Part shown: in pieces, positions 1-9,190 of the stretch
Numbering within the stretch: the first letter of the stretch is position 1
Layout of the letters: every line of letters starts with the position of its first letter
Assembly (NCBI GenBank): GCA_963662715.1
Contig: OY759724.1
Location: 332,670 to 396,669, forward strand
Direction of reading: 5' to 3'
DNA: 64,000 bases
From: Candidatus Omnitrophota bacterium
GTDB lineage: Bacteria; Omnitrophota; Gorgyraeia; Zapsychrales; JANLHA01
Notes under the pieces: generated by a model
Databases searched by the model: none
The model's input: only the letters and a program-made list of their open reading frames with translations
What the model was told of the DNA's origin: nothing
Translations under genes and position numbers: made by a program

Positions 1-606
1 TCAAAAGAATTAAAATTTAATAAAGATAGGCGATATAGTGTAATGTCACATATCTCATCATAGTTAAAGCTGACAACGGCATCGCCTTGTTGAAGCTCCT
101 TAAACACAGACGAATGATAAGCACAATATCCACTTTTTATAGAGCGATAACACCATTCATATATTGCCCTCTGAATAAAAGTCATCAGGTTTCTGGGGTT
201 CCCTTCAATCATCAAATGCGGCTTTTCAATAAAATATTGAAATATTATTTTGGTAAGAGAAATATCTTCGGCGGAGGTTAAGTATTCTTTCAAGATAGGG
301 TCGGTTTCTGCTAAAACTTCGAGACTGTTGATAATTTTGCACCGATTTTCTAGGGAGGGGAAAACGACTTCTGGTTCGACAACTCGTGCGATATGCTCTA
401 CAGCACAGAGTAGTGTGTAAAATTTCTCTATATCGGTGGTTGTTTCTGTTCGTTGAATTAACTCAGTATAGGCAATGCGGACATTGTCAAGATTGCCGTA
501 ATTAAACAGGGTATAAAAATCTTTAAGTAATGGCGGCTTAAAAGAGGGATTGATTGTTGAGGCCCCATAAGTGGCCCCTGCTCCGATAATGATAATCTTT
601 CGCATG
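1..606 (-). CDS. SIR2-like (SIR2_2-type) protein, N-terminal 202 aa. The gene runs off the window edge and is not in the ORF track; ATG at 606..604.
   Basis: Hand translation of the reverse strand: MRKIIIIGAGATYGASTINPSFKPPLLKDFYTLFNYGNL...VVSFNYDEICDITLYR. The GAG motif near the N-terminus and a TTNYD-like 'SFNYDE' motif match the SIR2_2 pattern seen in ThsA and in the neighbouring 679-aa protein. The segment is AT-rich relative to the rest of the window. Confidence 0.5.
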
Positions 607-674
607 TTTAATAATTTTTAGTTTTCTCCATAAGAAATCCCTAAAACACTCACTTGGCGTTAAAATTCTAAACA

Positions 675-1622
675 TTAGTTTGTCACAACATTACGTTCAT
701 TTTTGCTTAAAAAATCAAGAGTTCTTAAATATTTATTCTTTATCCTTTCTTCAGTTTGGTTTCTTTGCATAGACAAAAGAGCCTTACGGCAAGGTTTTTG
801 CCCTTCTGTCGAGGGGCTATTCCCAATTATAAATGCAGGTAAGTTAATATAATCTGCCTCACTTTTAACTGTATATTTTTTAAGTGGAATTGGATAATAC
901 GCATAATTTAAACGTTCATCAGCAGGCAAACCAAGTTCACCCAATCTTTTAACGGCTGTTTCAGTTAACATAAAACCAATCCAATCTTGCAATTCGCTAA
1001 ACATATTAGCTTCATTTAGGGCTGCACCAAAGTACAAGCCACTTTCGTCGTCGGCGTAAAACTCTCCAAAGGACATGCTGCCTCGAACAGGAATCTTCTT
1101 TTTAATAAGTGACACAAAGAAATAACGGATAAATGAGTCTATTGCTCGATAGGCCAAATCAGTATCATCAATAGTGTAAATGATAAAAGAATCCGAGAAT
1201 GTTATCTTTTTGAGTAAATGGCTATCAAAAGAATCTTTCTTAAAATGGTCAATGCTGTCCGCATACACTTCAAATACTTTTGTCCAATATGATGTGTTAA
1301 TCAAATCTTTGATGCCTAATAAATCTAAATACGCAACCCAACGATTGATATTAACGTAAGATTTCAGAGCAACTCCTTCTAGGCCTTTTTTGCGCTTAGG
1401 GACAGACTCCCTTTTCATCCATAAATCAAACTCCTCGCTTGTTAACCCCATCCATTCTGCAATACTTTTCCCCATCCCATCTAAACCTTGTTGATACGCC
1501 AAGCGAAATGCTCCCCGGGCTTCGTCTTCATTCTTAAAATGCCCATTCTTTTGCCAGAATTTTGCTGTGCTAACACCCCATCCACCGATTTCGATATTTT
1601 GTTTCATTCCACGCTGGTTCAT
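675..1622 (-). CDS. Hypothetical protein, 315 aa, no recognisable motif. Lies between two SIR2-like genes.
   Basis: Long ORF co-oriented with both SIR2-like flanking genes, 69 bp and 230 bp away. AT-rich like the rest of the island. I see no family signature. Confidence 0.55.
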   Translation of the reverse strand: MNQRGMKQNIEIGGWGVSTAKFWQKNGHFKNEDEARGAFRLAYQQGLDGMGKSIAEWMGLTSEEFDLWMKRESVPKRKKGLEGVALKSYVNINRWVAYLDLLGIKDLINTSYWTKVFEVYADSIDHFKKDSFDSHLLKKITFSDSFIIYTIDDTDLAYRAIDSFIRYFFVSLIKKKIPVRGSMSFGEFYADDESGLYFGAALNEANMFSELQDWIGFMLTETAVKRLGELGLPADERLNYAYYPIPLKKYTVKSEADYINLPAFIIGNSPSTEGQKPCRKALLSMQRNQTEERIKNKYLRTLDFLSKNERNVVTN

Positions 1623-1851
1623 ATAGAAGGCCCGTAAATAGATTCACTTCCTCATTTTAGTTACTAAGAATGTATCTTCTCCAAAAACTCCCCCAAAGTC
1701 CTCAAATAGTGACCCCATCGGTCAGCCATAGGTTTTATAAGATGAGTTTTCATAGTAGACTGATTATACGTGAGATGGGTGGATAAATCAATAAGGAGGT
1801 CTTTAAGAAAAACAGGCAAATCCACCAATTATTCATTTTGAACTTACGGGA

Positions 1852-3891
1852 TTATTCAACAACATTCTTTATATTTTCTGCGCGATCCCAGCATTCTATC
1901 GCTTCGCGATTCTTGCCCAAAGCGTAGTAAGTATTTCCTAAATTCGTAAGCCACATTTTCTCACCAGTCCTATCATCAATATTCCTTACTACCCGTAATG
2001 CCTGTTCATAATATTCTATCGCTTCTGTATATTTACAAAGATCCTCACAGACAACTCCCAAATTACCAAGCCATGTCCCTTCAGTAGCCATATCGCCAAT
2101 ATCCCTTGCCATTTTTAATGCCTGCTTATAGCATTCTATAGCTTTATCATTCTCAGCAAGACTATTGTAGACAATCCCTAGACTACCAAGCCATATTGCT
2201 TCATTTGCTCTATCGCCAATATCTTTCGCTATTTTTAATGCCTGCTCATAGTATTCTATGGCGTCGTGGTACTTGCCCATACTATGGTAGACATTCCCCA
2301 AATTACCAAGTATCGCCCCTTCACTTGGTTTATTACCAATTTCCCGCATTATCTGTAATGCTTGTTCAAAATACTCTATTGCTTTGATAGACTCGTTAAG
2401 GCAATGACAAATTTTCCCCAGATTGCTAAGCTCTCTTCCTTCATTGACTTTATCACCAATCTTCCTGGATATTTTCAATCCCAGTTCATAATATTCCCTC
2501 GCTTTATGAAACTCGTTAAGTTCACAATAGGCATTTCCTAAATTGCTAAGTATCGCCCCTTCCTCAGGACAATGGCCAATCTTCTGTATTATTCGTAGTC
2601 CTCGGACATAATATTCTATAGCTTTGCGATATTCACTAAGACCAGAGTAGATAATTCCCAAATTACCAAGACACGACCCTTCTCCGGTCCTATCACCAAT
2701 ATCCCTTGCTATACGTAGTGCACGCTCGTAATAGATCATCGCTGACCTCAATTCTGAGATTGATATACAAATTGCTCCTAATATACACATTTTTTCAGCA
2801 GGAGATATCCGACTCACCCAACGTGTGATTTTATTCTTCCAAAGTATCTCCCGCTGGGCTATTTTTTTTTCATTAATTCCATCTAAATAAGACCCCTCAC
2901 AGTTAACATCATTCCAAAGCCGCGTAATCAACTCATTCGTGTTATATCCCAGTCTCACTCCTTCGAAATCTTTCAACGTGTTATGCACTTTATCAAAATG
3001 TTCCTCCCCCCTATGATTAACTCCCTGCAAACGCTCCGCTGATAATTTTTGAACCCAAGGAGCATCAGTTGTATGCTCCACATAAATCACTCTTTTAGCT
3101 TTTACTTTTACGGCTTGTATTTGTGGAACCAAATCAAAGGCGTCGGAGCAGCTATACCCGAGGATAAGAACGATTTTGTGTCCGCCAGTGGAGAACATCT
3201 GGTTGATAACGTGATTTCGTTGTACAGCTAACTTCTGACTAGCCACTTGCTTAAGTGTAATCGCAAGGTTCTTTTTATCATGAACACTGCCGTGAACTTT
3301 CACCAATTGGATGCCTTTACCATTCCACTCGATTCTTTCAAGATCGTCCTCTCTGAAATATAGTGCATACCCAATCCCATCTTTTATCGATTCAAGTGCA
3401 AGAGCTTTTTCAATCAATTGGTCAAAATTTGTTGTCACTACAACCGTTATCTTTTGCTCTTTTAACAATCTAGCCAAAAAAATATGATTGGCGTTAGGCG
3501 TGACCGCATTGGGCTTCGGCTCATCTGCGTCATAAACTGTGTAGAGCAATTCTGCGTTGCCTCCATCATTCAACTTTTCGACAAATAGTTCAAATGGCAT
3601 CTTGTGGAATATTTTTCTAATCACTACTTCAGACATTCCTGTCGCTGCACTAATTTGGGTGATTAATTCCAGCTCTCTTTGGGCAGAACTCTTCTTGCCT
3701 TGCGTCATTTGATTGATTTCATTTATTCTTTCATCAGAAACATCATTCAACCGCAACAACATATACGGAACGAATTGAGCTATTACTGGCAGACCAGAAT
3801 TAAAAGAAATTCCTGCCCCACAAAAGACAACCAGTTCCTTTTTCTTTATTGCCATCGCTATTTCTGTTATGATTCCTTCTGTCTCATTCAT
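1852..3891 (-). CDS. SIR2-domain protein fused to about 10 TPR-like 40-aa repeats (679 aa)
   Basis: N-terminal LVVFCGAGISFNSGLP, then VVTTNFDQLIE and KVHGSV, are classic SIR2/SIR2_2 motifs. The C-terminal half is a run of ...AIEYYEQAL(K/R)IARDIGDRxGEGxxLGNLG... repeats. These show on the DNA as a roughly 120-bp periodicity across 1900..2800. Confidence 0.75.
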   Translation of the reverse strand: MNETEGIITEIAMAIKKKELVVFCGAGISFNSGLPVIAQFVPYMLLRLNDVSDERINEINQMTQGKKSSAQRELELITQISAATGMSEVVIRKIFHKMPFELFVEKLNDGGNAELLYTVYDADEPKPNAVTPNANHIFLARLLKEQKITVVVTTNFDQLIEKALALESIKDGIGYALYFREDDLERIEWNGKGIQLVKVHGSVHDKKNLAITLKQVASQKLAVQRNHVINQMFSTGGHKIVLILGYSCSDAFDLVPQIQAVKVKAKRVIYVEHTTDAPWVQKLSAERLQGVNHRGEEHFDKVHNTLKDFEGVRLGYNTNELITRLWNDVNCEGSYLDGINEKKIAQREILWKNKITRWVSRISPAEKMCILGAICISISELRSAMIYYERALRIARDIGDRTGEGSCLGNLGIIYSGLSEYRKAIEYYVRGLRIIQKIGHCPEEGAILSNLGNAYCELNEFHKAREYYELGLKISRKIGDKVNEGRELSNLGKICHCLNESIKAIEYFEQALQIMREIGNKPSEGAILGNLGNVYHSMGKYHDAIEYYEQALKIAKDIGDRANEAIWLGSLGIVYNSLAENDKAIECYKQALKMARDIGDMATEGTWLGNLGVVCEDLCKYTEAIEYYEQALRVVRNIDDRTGEKMWLTNLGNTYYALGKNREAIECWDRAENIKNVVE

Positions 3892-4216
3892 TTATGCTTT
3901 CCTTTTTCTGGTAACATCGAAAACTTTTTCCGTCTATTCCAAAATTTTTAAACCAGTTACCCAATTTCAACAATCCGTTTTAAGACGCTTTCCGTAGTCC
4001 TCCTGTAGCGCGTCCATCGCCCAGCCTATGATCCTCTTTTCAAGAAAAAAAATTGTTTGTTTTTATTCAGGCATCACTCATCATATTCTTTTTCATTCTT
4101 AGTAGTCTTTAAATGTTTGTTCTACTTTTAATAAAATTTTCTAAGTCTTTTGGATAAATCCTCCACTTGCCAATCTTTATTGCATTTAACCGTTTTGTCT
4201 AGATAAGGTCTCTTAT

Positions 4217-4276
4217 CTAGTCTTCGGTGACGCAGAGTTTTTCAACCACTTCTTTAACAGTGAGGTAGTTACGCAT
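4217..4276 (-). pseudogene. Remnant of an AlpA/excisionase-type HTH gene: 19 codons, then a stop
   Basis: The reverse strand reads ATG CGT AAC TAC CTC ACT GTT AAA GAA GTG GTT GAA AAA CTC TGC GTC ACC GAA GAC TAG, giving MRNYLTVKEVVEKLCVTED*. This is the typical start of phage/ICE excisionase-type HTH proteins (M..LLTVKEVAELLGVS), truncated. The surrounding 3892..5244 has no intact ORF. Confidence 0.25.
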
Positions 4277-5235
4277 GTCTTACATTGAGTTGACCTCGTT
4301 TTTTTGACAAATTTATCAAATTACTATTTATTCCTATTAAATTTTATTGTATGCTCGTTACTCTTATAAAGTCAATGGAATTCAAGTACTATATTGTTTT
4401 ATCTCTTCAAATTCCTGCATGAATTCTCTGAACCGTGCCAGTTGCAGACGTTCTTCATCTAGTCGTACTATGCAGTGAGTTTGCGTAGCGATAAGAATCT
4501 AAGGCTGACTGGATCATTCTTATTGCTTTTAAAAGAATCTTTAATCTGTTCGGGGAGAGCTAGTGTTCCGAGAATTCTTGCTATGCATGACTAGTCTTCT
4601 CCAGTGTAACCGCAAGTTCTCTAACGACGCTGTTTATGCCGTGTGCTTCTTTAATCCTCACGTAATATTCTGTTTTCTCAAGGGAAAACTATTCTAGGAG
4701 TCTTATGTGGGTTTGATACATATTTCAGACTCTTTTTTGATTGTATCAATGTGGCCTAAGTCTTCAGAGGGGGGCAGAGACGACAACACTACTTATGATT
4801 TTTATTAACGATGTAAAAAAAAATTCAACCCAATAGGTGCGTGACTGTGTGAAGAAACTTTTTTTGAGGTGCTGGATGAATTCAATCATATCTGATGGAG
4901 AAAGGAGTATCTTCCCTCCATCAGAAAATTGCTTTCCGTTTTGCGAAAAAACGACTTGTGTTACACAAGTACGCTGGTTGCAAAACGGGCACAACTGGGG
5001 TTAATCACTTCAGTAGAAACCGCACAGTTCTGAGCCATAATTACATGCTCTTTAACTTTCCTTAACATCTTAAAATTTACAAAATCACGGGAGGGAATCT
5101 ATTTCTATTCCACCACATTTCCACCACATAAAATCGATTCAAATTGAAAAAACGCGAATGTCATGGCTGACCATGGCTTGCAGTAACTTGTAATGTAAAT
5201 CATTGATTTATATAGAGAAATGATATTTTTGGCAC

Positions 5236-5264
5236 AAAATAATGGGGTATCTTGCGATACCCCA
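5236..5264 (-). terminator. Rho-independent terminator of ssrA
   Basis: Immediately after the tmRNA 3' end the minus strand reads GGGGTATC-GCAA-GATACCCC followed by ATTATTTTG. Confidence 0.5.
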
Positions 5265-5274
5265 AAACATAAAG

Positions 5275-5664
5275 TGGAGGTGCGGGGAATCGAACCCCGG
5301 TCCTTCAGCTGCTTTCCGTAAGCCTCTACATGCTTAGTCTGCCGTTTACAATCACCTGAAAATCTCCGGCAAACAGGATATCCTCAGGCTATCCTTCTTA
5401 AGTTTCGCCGTGGCCCCGAAGGCCCTGGCCACAGCTAGCCTGCTGAATGTCCTCTTAACAGCCCACAGGCCTGACGGTTAAAAGGGCCTCTCTTTTTTAT
5501 TAAGCGAGGACTGGTTCGCCAGCAAAAATCGGTTCTACGATTTCGTTGGCTTTAGCGAGAATAGATTCGCCATTTGTGTGTGCCCGGATGATTAACGAGG
5601 CCAACCAGGCATCCTCGGCATGCCACTTACAGTCTCTCAACTGAAGTCGAGACCAATCACCCCC
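5275..5664 (-). ncRNA. ssrA: tmRNA (transfer-messenger RNA, SsrA)
   Basis: The reverse complement starts GGGGGTGATTGGTCTCGAC and ends ...GGACCGGGGTTCGATTCCCCGCACCTCCA. That gives a 7-bp acceptor stem with a G3:U70 pair, a T-arm GGTTCGATTCC and discriminator A. The internal tag reading frame is ...GCC AAC GAA ATC GTA GAA CCG ATT TTT GCT GGC GAA CCA GTC CTC GCT TAA TAA. smpB lies immediately upstream on the same strand. Confidence 0.9.
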
Positions 5665-5693
5665 AAATCATGAACAATTCGAAAGTGTCTTTT

Positions 5694-5721
5694 ATTATAC
5701 AACAAAATATTTTTGAAACAA
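5694..5721 (-). promoter_or_regulatory. Putative sigma70-like ssrA promoter (-35 TTGTTT, 16-nt spacer, -10 TATAAT)
   Basis: The minus strand reads TTGTTTcaaaaatattttgttgTATAAT about 30 nt upstream of the mature tmRNA 5' end. tmRNA is processed from a precursor, so the longer distance is acceptable. Confidence 0.35.
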
Positions 5722-5760
5722 AATATTTGCTGACTCCCCTAATGTCATCCCTTCTTTTCA

Positions 5761-6222
5761 TCAGGTCTTACGCTTGACCACCTTTAACGACTGCCGCAAG
5801 GCCCGGTCAATGTCCCGCTTTTTCATGGCTTCCCTTTTATCATAAAGCCTTTTTCCGGTCCCTAAAGCCAGTTCCACCTTGACCAGGCCGCGGTTATTCA
5901 TATAAATTTTCGTCGGCACCAGGACCTTGCCCCGCTCTATCACCATAGAAGAAATTTTCTTTATCTCCCGCTTGTGCATCAACAGCCTTCTGGCGCGGTC
6001 AGGCTCTTCGTTCATATAGCTTGCTTCTTTATAAGGGTTGATATGCAGGCTGTAAAGGATCACTTCCCCGTTTTCGATCTTCGCAAAACTGTCTTTGAAG
6101 TTCACAAAACCCGCACGGACAGACTTCACTTCGCCCCCCTTCAACTCAATCCCGCATTCCCATGTCTGGGACAGGAAATAGTTATGATAAGCTTTTTTAT
6201 TTGTCGCCACAGGTTTTGCCAT
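5761..6222 (-). CDS. smpB: SsrA-binding protein SmpB
   Basis: 153 aa with strong similarity to SmpB (MAKPV...KKAYHNY...GIELKGGEVKS...LLMHKREI). Adjacent to ssrA. Confidence 0.9.
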   Translation of the reverse strand: MAKPVATNKKAYHNYFLSQTWECGIELKGGEVKSVRAGFVNFKDSFAKIENGEVILYSLHINPYKEASYMNEEPDRARRLLMHKREIKKISSMVIERGKVLVPTKIYMNNRGLVKVELALGTGKRLYDKREAMKKRDIDRALRQSLKVVKRKT

Positions 6223-6224
6223 AA

Positions 6225-7181
6225 TTAAGAGGGCCCCGCCAAAAAATTATAGATTGTTAAAACAAACGGGATTGTCAGAACACTCATAACAGACCCCCAA
6301 AAGATCCCCTGATTAACCAATTCGGAATCCACCTTAAAATAACGGGTCATCATGGATAAGGAAACGGCGCTGGGGACCGCGGCTTCGATAACAACAAGAA
6401 AACCAAAGCTGTACCCTATATGAAAAATCTTAACAACAGCCAAGGCCAGCAGCGGCAATACGATCAGTTTCCCGACAATAAGAAGAGAGATGTCTGCCTT
6501 CCGCCGCAGCTGAAGTTTTGTCTTGGCCAAGTTCCCCCCGACAACGATCATGGCCAAAGGAAGCGTGCAGCCGGAAAACATCTCCACCGGTTTTAATACT
6601 GTCTGCGGAATCCACCGGTGCCCCCCCAAGAAAATCAGGATCAATGTGCATATCGTCGTAATAAACGGCGGGTTCAGCAGCCGGGACCAGTAAATCTTCT
6701 TGTCATGCTCACTGGTCAGGAGCCAGACGCCGAGGGACCAGACGGCGAAATCAAACCCCATGATCAATAAAAAAATATTAACCGTCAGCTGATGCTGCAT
6801 TTTCCCCTCAAATAAAGACGCCACCAGCATTAAGGGAAAATACCCGTAATTCGCGAAACTCATCAGGGCCGTAAAATGATTTTTATTAGAGCACTGCGGA
6901 TGGAAAAGCAGAATGCCGCGGCTGACAACCCACCCGCTGAGAACCATCGCCAGACTCAAGGCAGGATACGCCCACCAGTTTGCGTATTCCTTAAAATCAA
7001 AATGCTGCGTGAGATGAAAAAAAATCATCTGCGGCAGAAACAGCTTAACCAGCAAGTTCGAAAGCGTATCCAAGCCCTGATCATCCAGGATAGCCCGCTT
7101 GACCAAAAAAAACCCCACACCCGCCATAAAAAGAATTTGCAGGGTCGCCAACAGTGTCGCCTGAAAAGTATCCATTAACAT
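6225..7181 (-). CDS. AEC-family (auxin efflux carrier / malate permease-like) membrane transporter
   Basis: 318-aa polytopic membrane protein with about 10 TM helices. The N-terminus MLMDTFQATLLATLQILFMAGVGFFLVKR is typical of the AEC/MleP family. Confidence 0.7.
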   Translation of the reverse strand: MLMDTFQATLLATLQILFMAGVGFFLVKRAILDDQGLDTLSNLLVKLFLPQMIFFHLTQHFDFKEYANWWAYPALSLAMVLSGWVVSRGILLFHPQCSNKNHFTALMSFANYGYFPLMLVASLFEGKMQHQLTVNIFLLIMGFDFAVWSLGVWLLTSEHDKKIYWSRLLNPPFITTICTLILIFLGGHRWIPQTVLKPVEMFSGCTLPLAMIVVGGNLAKTKLQLRRKADISLLIVGKLIVLPLLALAVVKIFHIGYSFGFLVVIEAAVPSAVSLSMMTRYFKVDSELVNQGIFWGSVMSVLTIPFVLTIYNFLAGPS

Positions 7182-7415
7182 AGTAAAGGATTATAACAAC
7201 TTAACCTGTATTGAGCAACGGATTATTGGTAAGAGGCGATATTGGCAGCATTTTCCGGGTCCTTTCTCGGACCGCGCTTAAAAGAAGGGAAAATATTGAC
7301 ATAATATCCTTAAACCGCTATACTTTGAGCTACGATTTCACGCTGTGTTTTTTCGGACTTGATTCCGGCACGAGGGAATGTTGCCGCTCTTAAGGCATTT
7401 ATTTTGATAGACATT

Positions 7416-7499
7416 GCCGAAGTGGCGAAATTGGTAGACGCGCACGTTTCAGGGGCGTGTGGCCTTACGGCCATGTGGGTTCGAGTCCCACCTTCGGCA
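7416..7499 (+). tRNA. tRNA-Leu (anticodon CAG), class II with long variable arm
   Basis: Manual fold: acceptor GCCGAAG/CTTCGGC, anticodon stem CACGT/GCGTG, loop TTCAGGG (U33, anticodon CAG), variable-arm hairpin GGCC-TTAC-GGCC, T-arm GTGGG-TTCGAGT-CCCAC, discriminator A. Total 84 nt. Confidence 0.9.
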
Positions 7500-7509
7500 C
7501 TTTATTCTT

Positions 7510-7560
7510 AAGGACACAAAACTTAATAATTCCGCTATTAAGTATTGTGTCCTTTTATTT
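7510..7560 (+). terminator. Rho-independent terminator after tRNA-Leu
   Basis: Long hairpin AAGGACACAAAACTTAATA / TATTAAGTATTGTGTCCTT with an ATTCCGC loop, followed by TTATTT. Confidence 0.55.
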
Positions 7561-7756
7561 ATCCTCTGGTTTTTCCCTTGCTGTCCGAAATTTTACGTAA
7601 TAAAATGAGGACTAATTCTGCCAATATGGCAGAAGATAAAAACACGGTAAAATCGTGGGGGACAACATCATTGACGGAGCCGACCGGGCACGCTTCACGC
7701 GGTGGATCGCCGACGCTACAGAACAACCCTTTTTACTAGAATTGGACGGATAAACC

Positions 7757-9190
7757 ATGGACCATACTCAAACTCAACTTCTGATCATCGGGGCCGGCCC
7801 CGGCGGATATGTCGCTGCCTTTCACGCCGCTGATTCCGGCCTGAATGTTACTTTAATTGACCGCGAAAAAAATCCCGGAGGCGTTTGCCTCTTCCGCGGC
7901 TGCATCCCTTCCAAAGCTTTACTGCATGTGGCGCGCATCCTTTCCGACGCCAGGGACGCCAAAGCGTTTGGGGTAGAATTCCGCGAACCGGATATTCATC
8001 CGGAAATTGTCCGCAAATGGAAGAACAGCGTCGTTGATAAATTGACCGGGGGGCTGGGGCAGCTGTCCCGGCAGAGAAACATCAACTTTATCCAGGGAGA
8101 AGCTGCTTTTCTTGATTCTCAAAATGTCGAAGTCAAAACAGCTGACGGCACGTTGTCTCAAATCCATTTCGACCATGCTATCATCGCGACCGGGTCTCAG
8201 CCTGTCACCCTTCCCTTTGCCCCTGAGTCGCCGCGGGTCATGGACTCCACGGCGGCTTTGGAATTAGCTGAAATCCCGCCGAGACTTCTTGTTATCGGCG
8301 GAGGATATATCGGACTGGAACTGGGGTCGGTTTATGCCGAACTGGGCAGCACGGTATCTGTCGTAGAAATGACGCCGCAGCTCCTTCCGGGAGTCGATCC
8401 GGACTTAAGCATGATCCTGAAAAAAAGGCTCCGGCTGAAATTCGAGGCCATCAAATGTCATACCCGGGTCACAGGACTGCAGGACACGGGGTCGGCCGTC
8501 GAGGTGACTTTCGAAGACGCCAAGGGGCAGACAAATTCCGATTCATACGACAAAGTCCTTATCGCCATCGGCCGCAAACCGGACGCCTCCTCCCTGCGGC
8601 TGGAAAAAACAAAAGTCCGATTAACAGACCGCGGGTTTATTCAAATCAATGCCCAGCGCCGGACAGACGACCCCGCTATTTACGCGATCGGGGATGTCGC
8701 CGGGAACCCTATGCTGGCGCATAAAGCGTCTCACGAAGCCCGGGTGGCGGTGGACGCGATCCTCGGGAAGAACACCGCTTTCTCCCCGCAGGCCATCCCG
8801 GCCGTGGTCTTTACCGATCCGGAAATTGCCTGGTGCGGCCTAACGCAAGCCCAGGTGCAGGATCAAGGCCCGGACATCAAAATTCTAAAATTCCCCTGGG
8901 CGGCTTCCGGACGGGCTGTCACGTTAAACCGCACTGACGGGTTGACAAAGATTATGACAGACGCCCGGACAGGCCGCATCCTTGGTGTGGCTCTCGTTGG
9001 GACCGGGGTCGGAGAAATGATCGCGGAAGGGGTTCTGGCTGTCGAGATGGGAGCGGTTGCCGAAGATCTTATGCTGAGCATCCATCCCCATCCGACGCTA
9101 TCGGAAACGATGATGGAAGCCGCCGAAAGTTTTTTCGGGCAGAGCATGCATATTTACAAGCCGCCCCGGAAAAAGCAGGACCTCATTTAA
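7757..9190 (+). CDS. lpdA: Dihydrolipoyl dehydrogenase (E3 component)
   Basis: 477 aa. FAD-binding GAGPGGY, the redox disulfide region CLFRGCIPSK, the NAD-binding GGGYIG and a C-terminal dimerisation domain. Confidence 0.9.
   Translation: MDHTQTQLLIIGAGPGGYVAAFHAADSGLNVTLIDREKNPGGVCLFRGCIPSKALLHVARILSDARDAKAFGVEFREPDIHPEIVRKWKNSVVDKLTGGLGQLSRQRNINFIQGEAAFLDSQNVEVKTADGTLSQIHFDHAIIATGSQPVTLPFAPESPRVMDSTAALELAEIPPRLLVIGGGYIGLELGSVYAELGSTVSVVEMTPQLLPGVDPDLSMILKKRLRLKFEAIKCHTRVTGLQDTGSAVEVTFEDAKGQTNSDSYDKVLIAIGRKPDASSLRLEKTKVRLTDRGFIQINAQRRTDDPAIYAIGDVAGNPMLAHKASHEARVAVDAILGKNTAFSPQAIPAVVFTDPEIAWCGLTQAQVQDQGPDIKILKFPWAASGRAVTLNRTDGLTKIMTDARTGRILGVALVGTGVGEMIAEGVLAVEMGAVAEDLMLSIHPHPTLSETMMEAAESFFGQSMHIYKPPRKKQDLI

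Noticed and set aside
1900-2800. About 120-bp tandem DNA periodicity
   Set aside because: Fully explained by the 40-aa TPR-like repeats (AIEYYEQAL...LGNLG) within the SIR2-TPR CDS. It is not an independent repeat element.
4764-4994. 76-aa ORF starting MCPFCNQRTC in the decayed AT-rich region
   Set aside because: No RBS, no recognisable domain beyond a single CxxC, and it sits in a region full of broken frames. Most likely a chance ORF or remnant.
1-5274. Direct repeat of the tmRNA 3' end (attL/attR) bounding the island
   Set aside because: I could not find a convincing copy of the 3'-terminal ssrA sequence within 1..5244 by eye. The distal end of the island, if any, probably lies beyond the window start, so no att site is annotated.
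7211-7739. Short plus-strand ORFs flanking tRNA-Leu (7211..7393, 7545..7739)
   Set aside because: They overlap the tRNA promoter and terminator regions, have no RBS and have low-complexity translations. Treated as spurious.
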